Below are positions 46,177-58,821 of a stretch of 64,000 nt of DNA, one piece after another. Numbering within the stretch: the stretch's first letter is position 1; every line of letters starts with the position of its first letter. Source of the DNA: Pelomyxa schiedti (taxonomy: Eukaryota > Protista > Evosea); contig JAHLWZ010000171.1 in NCBI GenBank assembly GCA_020536535.1, positions 62,001 through 126,000 on the forward strand. Direction: 5' to 3'. The position numbers were made by a program, and so were the translations under genes. Under the pieces are notes generated by a model. The model saw only the letters and a program-made list of their open reading frames with translations. It searched no databases and was not told the DNA's origin.

Positions 46177-49100
46177 ATGTCATCAGAGTCAGGATTTGCT
46201 CTGTACTTTGCCATTCGTCTGAGGTCATTCGTTTGGGACATGTGCTTGTTTGCGACTAAACAGTCTTCTTCGAAGCTGTCTCTGCCGTTATTTGTGTTTC
46301 AACTTGTGCAGGTTTGTTTGACATTTTATGGGTTCTGAGAAACAATGATGGCCAACACTTGTTTTCTAGGTACTGAGCTTCACAATAGAACCATTTTCTG
46401 GTCATGTGTCAACATCACAGTCTGAGACTTCATCATCCAGTAGTAGTGGACTCATTAGTAACGGAATGGCCGTTTTTACTGAGATTATTGTTGGATTCCG
46501 CACCTTCTTGCCGCTTTCACCACAGCCACATGTTGTATCATCATTACTGTATTTCTATGTGGCATTTACTGGCGTTTTGCTGGTTGTGATTGAGTTGATG
46601 TATTATCGCAGTAGCAAGAACTTCCATATGGAAGGCAAACCTGTACTTTGCGCAAGAATCATGGTTTCCGAGCCACCATATCTCTTCAATCAACTTATGA
46701 CTCTAAGGTTGAAGTATACTCGACCATTCTATATTTGCCCATTCTTCACTGCTGCCTGTTGGTTATTGTATGCTCAGAAGATAGTTTTGAAACTCAGTGT
46801 CAGGTATGATCAACAACCAAGCACACACTTAGAATGTAAAATTTCCAGGTTGTCACTCGAGTTTTGGCTGGTGTGTTATTTATTTTCTGTAACTTGATTT
46901 CCATTGTCTCCACGGCACTGCAATATGAGTTTACGTTAAATGCCCCTCATATTTTTGCTCGATTCTTATCTCGAGTGGAGATGCTACACCTCTCTGCGGT
47001 ATATATGTTCGACTTCTTCCTACATTAAGTTATTTCCTGCAGAGCTTTATCCTTAGCCTTTGTTATCACTGTTCTTTGTTAAAAGAACTCGCTCACTTTG
47101 AATTGCTCCAACCTCTTTCTGTATCACTACCAACAAGAATCTTATTCACGTTAAAGACTCCTATAAGGTTTGCTCAGTTATTGGAGCATTTTCGATATGT
47201 GAGATTCTCCTAATTGGATGGATGGCCCCATATTATAGATGGTGGGTGAACCAACTCAAAATAGGTGCCTACAGTGCACTCTTTTTTGCTGCTATTTTGG
47301 GTGCAGTGAAAACGGTATGGAGGCATATGTATGTACGTTGTATTTACCACTCTTAGGTTTTATATGCATCAACAGAACTGTGGTTGATAGTCCTGTGGTG
47401 CGGAGTCTTACCCATAGCCGTTTTTGGATTTTTTGGCAGTAAAATCTGGTTCACAATTGTTGCCCAAACAATGAGGCGAAAGCTTATTGGGGGGTTTCAC
47501 ACAAACACCGACCCCCACGCACAGACCTATTCTGGGGCACCCTTTAAATTGTGGCAGATCCGTATGATGATTACACATTTTTTCAGCCACATATCAAACA
47601 CTGTATCTCTTCTCAGTGTTTCTCATTTTAGTAACTGCTTTGTTATTGGCAGGAGCCTGAATACTATGAAAGACTCACGGATATTCTTCCAATGCTTCAT
47701 ATAAATGATAACGATGTAGCAGAGACTGAGGCAGTAAGCCTGACATCCCTACTGTCTTTTTGATGTCTCATTTGCCTTAGTTGTATTGCTTGCTAAAATT
47801 CACTCATTCTGAAGAATATCACGTTGCATTGCACTTGGGGAGTTCACAGCGTTACCAGTCCTGGGACATTATATTATTAGTATGGAGGATAGAAGAGTAC
47901 CGAAAGGCACTTATACAGTCACAAGATGGAGGCCTTCAAGAGATAGAAACGGTACCTTGGCTATTATTGAATAATCAAATGTGAATTCGTCTACCAGGGC
48001 TGCAAAGAGGCAAGCAAATATACGAAACGGGCACAAGAATATCAATGTAAATTCTGGAAACTCTTGCTGACTGACTCTGTTGAAGAACTACAAGAAACTC
48101 TCTCCAAGTTTGACCAGGCTTGCCAACAAACAATGACAATATTTGATAGACTACATGCAAAGTACCCAAAGGCTACCTCTGTGGGTTCTCCTTTGTACCT
48201 TTTGCTTTTCCTGACGAACTGTAGGTTTTACGGTGAAGCCTTATTTTGTTTTTTCCCTGCTGAAATCATTGTTAGGCAATATGCTTACTTCCTGGAACTC
48301 GTAAGGCACGATTACAGTATAGCCGCAACATTGTACGAGCGCGCAGATTTAATTGAAGAAGTACAGGTTTCTGTTACCTCTCTTATTAAAAAGATCTCAC
48401 TCCTATCCCAGGGAAAATCTCACCATAGGAAAACCAGTCACAGTACCAAGCATCCATCCCGATTTATAAAGAAAAATGCTATAGCACCAATTGAATCCGA
48501 TGAAGAAGAGGCCCCAAAATCCAACAATTGTGTGGAAGTTGAAGCACCTAAGAAATCAGCAGTAACCTTTTCAACCAATTCATCCATGCACAATGAACTG
48601 CCTTACGAGGAAAGTAATGCTAGTAGCATGGCGCATTGTGGTACACTACCAGAATATACAATAATCTGTCTTACTTGGAAAACAAGACCCAACCAAAGCA
48701 GAAGATGTAGTAGAAGCATCCAATTTTTTCCAGAGTGAAAAACCAAAACAATCACAAGCATACAAAGAAAAAATTGTTAACCTCAGAAGCTCAGTCTACT
48801 GGTATTAGGTTTTTAGTAGGTTTTTTTTTAATTTCCTTTAGGCAACTCATGATATCTATTTTTCTGATTGTCATTGTTGTGATGATCAACATAACATTGA
48901 CCTTCATTTTTGCCCACCGAGGATTGAAAATTCAGATGCAATCCTATTCTCTAATGTATGATGCTTCAGTATCCCGCAGGTTTGTTTGTTCTATGCTTTG
49001 TATCGGCCATATAACACTTTACCACTACAGTTATATCCCTGCTGGTACTTTCAATGTTGAGGACTGGATGAATCATCTTGCACACCATCAATATGCGAAT

Positions 49101-52100
49101 TGCAGTGATGTAAGTTCCAGGATGCAGAATGTTGCACAATCTCTGGGGACACTTGTCACCGACTTGTGTAAGCCTTTTACCTTGCTGACTTTTTTTTCCC
49201 CTAATACATAACAGACACCGACTCAGCTGATGGTGGTCTGATTCCAATTTCCGTCTGGTCCAACCAAAATTATAATATCTCCTACTGGAGTGAATACACT
49301 CACACCAGACATTACATGCCAGTTTCGCTGCACACTATGCTTTCCGAGTTTAGGACAAATCTCCTTTCAGCTTCCAGAATTCCAGTTACCTCTGTTAATG
49401 CAACAACTGCCGAATTTCGACCAGATGTAAGATTCATTTTGGTGTGCTTGCAAAACCATTACTTGAAATACTTAACATTGCCCTAGGATAATGGCCAAAT
49501 TACAATTCGCGAAGCTGTTGATGGGCTTGTCCAAACTTATTGTGATATATCAAAGAAGCAATCCTGGAGATCTATTGTGATTCTTGCTGTAGTGTTACCT
49601 GTTACAACATGCTTTGTACTATTTTTATTCCTTTTCGGCTCTAAGTGTGGTTGGTAGGTATTTGTTTCGGCTTCTGCTCTCTTTGGTCGTGCAACCATTT
49701 TATTGCGCAAGGCATGGACTCAATGATATCCTTGTTACTAAAATAAACTTTCCCAGGAACGAGAAGGATTGATTCACATGTTTCTCTCCCTCCCACATAA
49801 AGCCGTTATCGACATTTATTTGTCTTGTGGAGGTTCCCCGACAGCAATATGTGTGTTACTATCTATTGATTGTGCTTGTTTCAACCCATCTTAGCTGGAG
49901 TGACTACTTCTGGCATTACGAGGGAAGTAAAACTACCTTTCTCCTGGGGGCTATTTTTCCGGTAAAGAGGTAGATAATGTTTCCTTCAGATCTCAGAATT
50001 CTTAGGTTTACAATTGGCCTGATAGTATCACTTGCTTTCATTTCTGTTCTATCCATTTATGGAATAGCTGCAATTCGTAGTTTTGATACGCCTCTTGTCT
50101 TCACCCGCGCCAAATTGCTGGAGGGCACTTATTTACGAAGATGCACAACTCTTTGCACAGCATTATTGAACAGGGATAGCATTTCTTTTGGAAGTCCCGA
50201 AACAATTCGATCACTGATACAACAAAATATTAACCTCTACGAGGAGTCACACGCTTTGTATGGTCACTTCCCAGTATATCTTTTTCCCTAAGTTATTTAT
50301 TTAGAGCAAATCAAATCTCTGGTTCTACGTCACTTGATCTTCAAACCGACCAGCTAGTATCGCTTCAAGAAAGAGATGATTGCAATGTAACCGATGCTGG
50401 CTACTGCAGTACTTCATCTTACATATAGCTGTACTAAGTTCACTTAATTACTTCTTAGAGGGACTTAGTGACTTAAAAAACAAATTTGTCTCAGCTGTCA
50501 GTCTCGTTAAGGTACTACATTTTCTAGATTGGAGCTGTTTCAAGACCAAAAAAAATAGGCAGTTGATGACTCCCTACTATCACAGCAGCTCTATGACTTC
50601 CGAGTTGTCCACAATCTGGCGGAACCGATGTTTGTTCGTCTGGCAGAGTTCGACAAACTTCTCGTTGGTTATTGGGAAAATGTCGTTTCCTTGGAGATCA
50701 CTACTGTGGTGGCCATTTTTGCCTTAGCGTGGCCTTCTGCTTTGATTGTGTACCTGGTCTTGCATTTTCCAATACAAAGGATAAAGCGGGAGTACCAACA
50801 AACTGTTTCCATGTTCATGCTTATTCCAGGTTAACACCTTGCCTTAAGTTTCTTTGGATAACCGAAAAAAGACAATATTATCGAGCAGACCTCTACCTTG
50901 AAGCATTTTATTGATACAGGTTTCCAATTGTGTCAACATGTAAAACGGTGACGAATCACAGGGAAAATAATTGATCATAGGAAGAGAATGCAAGAAATGC
51001 TTCTAGAAAGTCAGAATAAAACCAAGCAGATTCTCCAAGCTGCAGCTGATGCAAGTATGAAAAGACACATGATGAATGAGAATTGATATCCTTATTACAG
51101 TTGTTGTATACAATACTTCTACTCTTGATATTGAAACGTTTAACACGTCAGCACAAAAAATGTTTGGGTAAGTAAAGAAGGTCTCTTTATTCCACCCATT
51201 CTTCTTAGATATACATCCGACGAGGTAATTGGGAGGCCTGTTACAATTCTCGTAGATGAACCTCTGAGTGAATCAGCAGAAAAATCTCTTGAAACTGTGG
51301 CCATTCATAAAGATGGGGTCAAGTTCCCAGTTTTACTTTCAAAGAGCAACTTAGAAGGTACTCTTGCTCCTTTTTTTTTTTTTTTTTTTTAATGTTAAAA
51401 AGGTTTTTCGGCCCTTTTTATCAGGGATGTCCGTGCCATTCGCACTTACCGCAACCTCATTGAAAGAAACGAGACATTGCTACTTAAAATACTCCCAAAG
51501 AATATTGCTTTGAGGTTAAAGGACACCTTATTCGCCAACCCAGATAAAGCTGGCACTCTTATAGCAGACTCACACGAATCGGTATGTTTGCATCTTGGAT
51601 GATAGTCAGTATCACTCACATCACATACCCCTCCCAAAACAGGTCACAATACTTTTTGCTGATATTGTAAAGTAGGTTTTTCCCAAGTAAACACTTTCTT
51701 AAGAGGTATAGATTTTCACAGTGGAGTACAACCATCGATGCACAACAACTGGTCTCCTTGCTTAATAAATTGGTTTGTGCATGGGATGCTCTGGCTGTCC
51801 GCTGTGGCGTTGAGAAAATTAAGGTTGAATACTTTGGTAATAATAAGGTTCCAATTCTTTCGTAGACCATTGGGGACTGCTATATGGCAGTGTGTGGTTG
51901 CCCTGACGAAAATGAACTCCATGCTTTTACGATTGTGAGCTTTGCAGAGAGAATGCTTAAAACCCTCAAGCTCTTTAATGAGCAAAATGGCACTGATCTC
52001 CAAGTTCGGATTGGTAGAGTTTCTTACACACCTTAGCGAACCTTACCTTGTTAGGTATTAACACTGGCCCAATCGTTGCCGGTGTAATAGGTCTATCCAA

Positions 52101-52830
52101 AGTAATGTATGCGGTCATTTATTCCTTCATTCATTTAATTCATTGATTCAAATAGATATGACATTTGGGGACCCTCTGTATGATGAATAGCTCAATAAAA
52201 GATACATCTGATAATATATAGGTCAATCTTGCCAGCCGTATGGAATCGTCCGGCTTCCCAAATACGATTCAGGTTAGTTTCCTTCCTTGTGTAGTTTTCT
52301 TACTGCTACAAGGTAACAGAAAATACCCATCAACTTCTCGGGGATCAATTTCCCTTCGAGTCAAGAGGTCCGCTTTCTGTTTTTCCATCTCACCTGACTC
52401 ATACTGAACTCGAACCTTCGCAGGTGAAATTGAGGTAAAAGGAGGCTTCAAAGTGACGACCTACATTTACCAACCCGACAAACAAAGAAGCACAGAACAC
52501 CGGACAACTTCTCAACAAACCAAACAACCTCCTTCTTCCATCCCCGTTACAACACCGGGCTCATCCTCACCGCCCCTTGCTTCACACATTCCACCTGGAA
52601 ACGGTACCGGTTCTGGAATAATCAGCTCCTGTCCCTCACTGCACAAAGTGCCCAACAAACCCCCACGGCGTGCGGCCTCAGAAACACCAAACCCCCATTC
52701 CGATGATATTTCATGGGAACAACAAGCACTGGACACTGCTATGGATGAGTCAATATCGTCACTACACAAGGCTGTAGCTATCAACACAAACCATCCTCAG
52801 CTTCTCCACAGGCTGAGGCATGGTGTGTAA
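46177..52830 (+). CDS. Large polytopic membrane adenylyl cyclase: TmcB/TmcC-like TM and TPR region + PAS + class III cyclase
   Basis: Many TM segments; IVRQYAYFLELVRHDYSIAATLYERADLIE; PAS FNTSAQKMFGYTSDEVIG..HKDGVKFPV; cyclase VTILFADIV, EKIKTIGDCYM, RIGINTGPIVAGVIG, YDIWG, VNLASRMES and IEVKG. Confidence 0.88.
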
Positions 52831-52949
52831 TGTACCTACCCACTTCCCAACAGGGAAGCATGCGTAATTTATTATATTGTATAAACACCAGTAACAAAAA
52901 AAGGGACTTGTTTTATACTTGTGTTCCACATCTCCCTTACAGTACGATT

Positions 52950-54793
52950 TTATTCAAAAAGTGTTCCGTGCTCCTCTTCCTGGATGGCGGGATTGTGATC
53001 ATTGCAGAAAAGTACAATTTCCTTTGCCGCTTGGGCTGTACTGACTTCCCTATGAGGACTGTGGCCTGGAAGGTGGGTTACGTCCCCTTCATAAGCCTAT
53101 CATAGAGTTAGGAGATACGATGTCAAGTTTGTCGAGGTAGTTACATTGAGCAGTGCGTGGAGCACATCCGAGATGGTAACTATTCCGACTGCAGTCAATT
53201 CAAATTCTCCGGACCTCACAAAGGCGGTGTTCGCTGTGAGTTTTCACGGGTTAGTTTTAGAGTTAGTACGGACGGGATCGTACAGTGGGCACTCCTCAGT
53301 TCAATGAGTACGTTGCAAAGGGGCATCCTGGTGTCAACCCAAGGAGCAAATGCAATGCCAACAGAGCGGGGTGTGAGCGTGGTGTTGGATGACACTAAGG
53401 AAGTGTCCGGCTCTTTTCCCTTATCTTGGGATTCCCCAAGGTCGAGAAGGGAAGGCGCTGCTGCAGAAGTAGTTGAGGAACTTGCATTCGGAGTTCCATC
53501 AATCTGAACTGGTTTTCTGTTGGGAGGCATAACACTTTCCGAAGATGTCTGTGAGAACACGGAAGCAGCAAGAATGCCTTGAGTGTTTATTGTGCCTCGG
53601 AGTTGCCCAAGAGAACCCTTATAAACCGGGATCTCATCAGAATCAGAGTGTGCAATCTAAGGAAGCACTTATTATTTTGCAAGGCTGACACTTCGACAAT
53701 ACCTTCTGAAGGACTGCTGTGGTTAAAGGTGCATCAACTTCCACGGCGCGAACACGACTGGGAGAGCAATAAGGAGAACAAAAACAGCTGCAAGGAAGTA
53801 CTCACTCAATCGGTATCATGGCATCTTGAGCTGTCTTTGTACATAAATCAAGAGCACCACAAGTGATGGTAATCTGCCAAAGGGGAAAAAAAAAAAAAGG
53901 TTCAGAATGGTACCATATCTGCTTACAAAGGGAAAAAAAAATACCTCTGTAGGTGTGAGAATCTCGCTTCCCTCATCTGTTACGTGTGTGACAGCTTCGC
54001 CGTGGAATAACATTAACTCCTTAAGTTCTTTCATACTCATCAGTGTATTGGATGTTGGCAAGTGTAATACCTGGTCGGGAGTAGAATGTGCCCTCCCTCT
54101 TACCCAAAATTTTATCAAGAATCCAGCCAACGGGAATAGATATAGGCAGCCAAAAAATCATCAGTAGTCTCACCATCCTTTTAAGGTGTTATATAGTTGA
54201 CTGGTAATACAGACTTACGGAGCAGAGTAAGCACCAATCTTGAGACCAAACCTAGAACAAGCTGCCTGTGGTATCACCCTAGAAAAGATTACGACTAAGA
54301 TGTGAGGGTTCCCACTCACTCGCCAAACAACAAGACTAGTGTAACAGAGACAATAATTGAGGCATATTCAGGCATCATTCGGTCCAAGCACAAGGGAAGA
54401 GCCTCCATGGCAAGAGCATTTGATACAAGGAGAGTCACCAATAAAATGTGATGGTGCTGTTTCAAGTTCATTAAGAAAAAGGGAAAAGAAAAGAAAATAA
54501 TTAATTAAAAGAAAGAGAAGGAGTGGCAACTTTAACCAAGCTCAGAACTCTTGTAGCATATTCCCTCCTAGTTGCCGAACCGGAAAGTGTCATAATTCTC
54601 AGTGACAACTTATCCAGTCCCAACAGACCCAGTGTCAAACCAGACATCGCACCCGCGAAACACACGAGCAATCCCGACAGCACAAGCGCAATCCAGAACT
54701 GCCAATCCGCTGTATTGAAGAAATATATTGTTAACTTCGTTCTGTATAGCGACATAGAGGTGACACACAAGCCCCATAAACTGTCTCGGCCAT
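52950..54793 (-). CDS. CNNM/DUF21 (MAM3-like) membrane protein with degenerate CBS pair; 3' end approximate
   Basis: LLVCFAGAMSGLTLGLLGLD, HHILLVTLLVSNALAMEALP, IPQAACSRFGL, PISIPVGWILDKILG and GALDLCTKTAQDAMIPI. Confidence 0.85.
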
Positions 54794-55048
54794 CGCCGGA
54801 TTTTGATTGTTTTTCGCAAAATGGCCGTTGAACCAGTCAAAGTTCAAATGTACGACTCTCAGGGATCTGGAGGTGTTCTAGACGAGATAGAACCTACTGT
54901 ACGGTTCTGGTGTGACTGGAATGTTGTAACCGTCTGGCAAGAAGTTGGGCCCTCAAGTCTCCCAGAGTTTTTTTGAGTTTGCCGACTCAGACAAGTTGGT
55001 CCTAAACAAAAACCGGTCGAACTAACCAAACAAAACACACAGAAAAAA

Positions 55049-56655
55049 ATGGACATGCCACTTTGGACAGACAGACAAAAGCGACCCACCGTAGGTGTTA
55101 GTCTACCAATTTTACACCCAACGAGTGTAGACATCGAGCGCGGCGTGTGCGAACTCGCACGTCGGGCGAACCAGCTTGGTTTTATTGCTCCGTCTACGCG
55201 GACAGTATCTATCGTGCACAACTCACGTGAAGCAGCAACGGCACCGCAAATTCCGTTGAGCGCCTTTGCGCTCAGCTTCAACATGGAACCTTTCGTACGC
55301 ACTGCCAGTGCATTCTCTCTCAAGTTGCATGTGGAGCCGGAGTTGTTTGCCACTAAGGCTGGGGTGTTATTTCCAAAGCGACATGAATTTTCAGAGTGGA
55401 AGGCAACGTTCTATAGGGAGCGCAATACATGGGAGCAGGCGTACAACAGTGATTCAGTTGCTGAAAGGGTTTACAGAATTCTAAATGGCGATCAACCGTG
55501 CATTTTAAACTTTGATATGGGCCGGAGCGGCTGCATGTCATTTGGCCTATCACTGTCTTCGTTGTCTGAAACTGGAAACACACTCGTTTTGTGCCGTTCT
55601 AACAGTGGTCCACTTGAGCCGGTTTCCATTTCGCTCTCTGGTGTCGGGGCAACTGTAGAAAATATTATGAGGTTTTGGGAGACTCAAGTCAAGGGCGAGT
55701 TCATGAGTATCAACTTCGTCCTGGATCACAGAAAAAGTTCACAGGAGTCAGGCGTTTTTGTCTTCATCGCCATCCGAGTTGCAGAGAATTTCCTTGCAGA
55801 CAAACTGAAAAAAAAGAAGAATGTCAGCCGAAAAATTCTGCTTGATTATTGTTCCAAGTGGTGCACCTATACTGAGCCTGCGCGATCATATCACCGGAGT
55901 ACCAGCATATGTCTGGGGGGTGCCTCTAAAACAGGTACGCCCTTACTCTGTCGCACGGTTGCTAACTATTTATTTAGAAACCCACGAGCCACTACCTTAC
56001 CATTTTGTAGAAAGTGTAGCGACCACTACTACATCAATTTCTTCAACTACTGCAAAGACCACCACCTCGACAGCCGCAGAATCTTGTGTGGCGGCAACAG
56101 AAGTAAGCCAGGTTGTGAAACCAAGCGCAGAGGTGAGTGGATCTATTTCCACTACCCAGCCTGAAAGCAGAAGGGGTGTGAGTGACACGGGAGTATTGAA
56201 ATTGACATCAACAGGTTTCACAGCCTCATCTTTCCAAACGAAAATTTACACTCCAGTTAAATGTATTTGACTCCCTAACGATGTTTTAACAGAAGCGAGT
56301 CCACAGTTGTGCAGTGACAAAAAGACAACAGATAACAAGGGATGCACAAGTACATCAGACCCTGTAGAGGCACCCGTCACTTCTACCAGTGATAGTAAGT
56401 TGACCAGAACTAAAAAATAAAAATTAACCAAAATAACCAACATATACAGAAGGTGATGTCAAGAATGAAACCTCCGAGTCCACAGTGCCATCCCCAGAAG
56501 ATGGGAAAAATACTACACAGCCATCCAGTGAACAAACAACAAGTGCTTGTAGTAGTTCCCAGACACTGCCACAAAGTGCAGTGACCCCTCACAATCCACC
56601 AACACATAACACCCACACAGTTACTCCCTCGGAAGAGGAACACTCACAACTTTAA
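55049..56655 (+). CDS. Hypothetical protein: globular N-terminal region of about 290 aa plus Ser/Thr-rich tail
   Basis: Long ORF from ATG 55049. Plausible GT-AG introns shift it into the Thr/Ser-rich frame of ORF 55821..56270 and on to a stop near 56655. No recognised family. Confidence 0.6.
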
Positions 56656-56743
56656 GTAGAGCACCGAAAACAAGGAACCAACTTCGGGATTTTGCCCCAC
56701 GAGTCGAAAAAATCATAATTTCCTCTTTTTTTTCTGGTGCACA

Positions 56744-58770
56744 ATGAGCGGTACGGGCACGGGTGAGCAAGCGGAGGCAACGCAGCAGCAACCTTCAGAA
56801 GCGAGAGAAGAAAAGCAACACACGCAGGCCTCGGAAGTTTCCGACGGTACTTCGAGTGCCACAACAAGCAGCAGTTCCAGCACTACGACGTCGCAGCCAC
56901 CTCCTCCCCCACCGCCCCCACCTCCCCCTTCTTCCTCCCCTTCTTCATCGCCACCTCAGGCGCCGACCCGCGGCCGTGGGGGCACGAGGATCTCGCTGCG
57001 AGCCGTCAAAGCCCACACCTCGCACGCTGCGGCGCAGCCGGAGGAAGAGGGAGAGGCACAGGCACCGCAAAAGAGGCGCGGGTCGCCGGGCCAACAACGC
57101 GCCCCGGAGGCCGCCAAGTCGCCGCGTGTGGGCGGCGGCAGCAGGCACAGAGGAAACGCGAAGGGCCGCGGCGGCCGCAATTACCGCGACGTACCGGCCG
57201 AAGACGACGACGGGGAGGACATCCTCGCACTCGCACGCGCTCGGGACGATGTGCCGACAGAGCGGACAGAGTGCATGATAATCAAGGTGTCTGCCAGCTC
57301 CCTGGCCAATTCCTACTCGCTGATGTCCAGGCTCTTGTCTGTGGCACAGGGCCATGCCAATAGCACTTGCACGAGCCAAGTTGTCCCTACTGGGGTGGAG
57401 GTGAGCAAGGTACCTGCAACTGACAAAAGTGGTGAGGCTAGGCCTGCAGAGAAACCAGCAGAACCGCAGCCGCAGCCGCAATCACAACCACAACCACAAT
57501 CCCAACCATTGCCGTTGTTGGGTGCAGATGGGAAGAGTGAGTGTACAAGCGTTACAGATACAACACAGTCCACACCAGACAACTCTGTGACCACTGGCAG
57601 CAGTTTGAACTTGGATGACCTGCGGTTCATTCCAACAAATGATGAACAAAGAATGCTCACTGGCGTGTGGTGCCCTAGCTCTGTGGTTAAAGATCTTTGG
57701 AAGCAAAAAACCAGAATGGATGATGTATTTGATGCCGGTGAAGATTCAGTGTACCACCGAGCACGTGACGGTATCTTTCCCCAAGACAAGAGAGGAAGTA
57801 CGCGCTTTTTAAATAGAGCTGGTGATAAGTTGATGCAGGTAGTTAAGCAATTGTACCATTCAATTTTAAACTTCCCAAAAGATCCATGATGCAGTGCAGT
57901 TATGGCGGGACGGCACTCACGGAACAGTGTTCTTTGACGTTTGTGGTGGCCCTGGTGCCTTTTCCCAAATGCTTCTGGAGAAAGCCCCAAAACCAGTGAC
58001 TGGTTGGGGTGTCACTCTAAGCCCAGCAGGTGGTGCACCTGACAGTGAGTGGTGGTACCCACAGCTCCAACGAAACAAAAGCTGGACCAAAGTTGGAGGT
58101 GCTGATGGAACAGGGAATGTTTATCTTCCAAGCAATGTGGTCAGTATTGTGGAAACTGTACGTGGCTCCCGGCAAGGAGTTGACATCGTTGTAGCTGATG
58201 GTGGTTTCTTGATAAAACATGACCCTAAGACAGGAAAGCACATGGAAAACCTTCAAGAACTTGTCACAGGAAGACTGATCCTCAGCGAGATGCTGATTGC
58301 ACTCAGTACACTGCGTAACAGTGGATCCTTTGTCTGCAAGCTTTTCGATACTGTGAGTCCGCAAAACTCCCCTCTCACCGTTGCTTGCATCTAACGAAAA
58401 TTTTTGCGCACAGTTTTCACATTTTACCGTTTCTCTGCTGTATTGCCTTGCCCTTGTGTTTGACGAAGTTTACATCGTGAAACCGCTAAGAAGCCGGCTT
58501 GTCAACAGCGAGCGATATGTTGCATGCCGGGGATTGCGCACCGAAACGCCCCAATTCCAAGTATTGCAGCAGCTTCTCAGGACAATCCACTCCAAATTTA
58601 GCGATGTGGAGGGAGACCAATCACCTAACAGCATTGTGCCACTGAGTGTAATGCTGTCTGACTCTGAATTTGTTGCGAGTATCAACCAGACCACCACTAC
58701 CCTTGCTCGCAACCAAATTCTGGGTCTCACCCTTGTAATGGATGCTGTGGACGCTCTTCTTTACCTCTAA
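56744..58770 (+). CDS. CMTR1: Cap-specific mRNA 2'-O-methyltransferase 1 (FtsJ-like)
   Basis: K-D-K-E tetrad motifs FLNRAGDKL, VVADGGF, FVCKLFDT and KPLRSRLVNSERYVAC; SAM motif FFDVCGGPGAFS. Confidence 0.9.
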
Positions 58771-58821
58771 ATTCGCAAAAAAAAAAAACCCAGAAAAAAT
58801 ACTGCTTGTTGTTCTCCTTTT

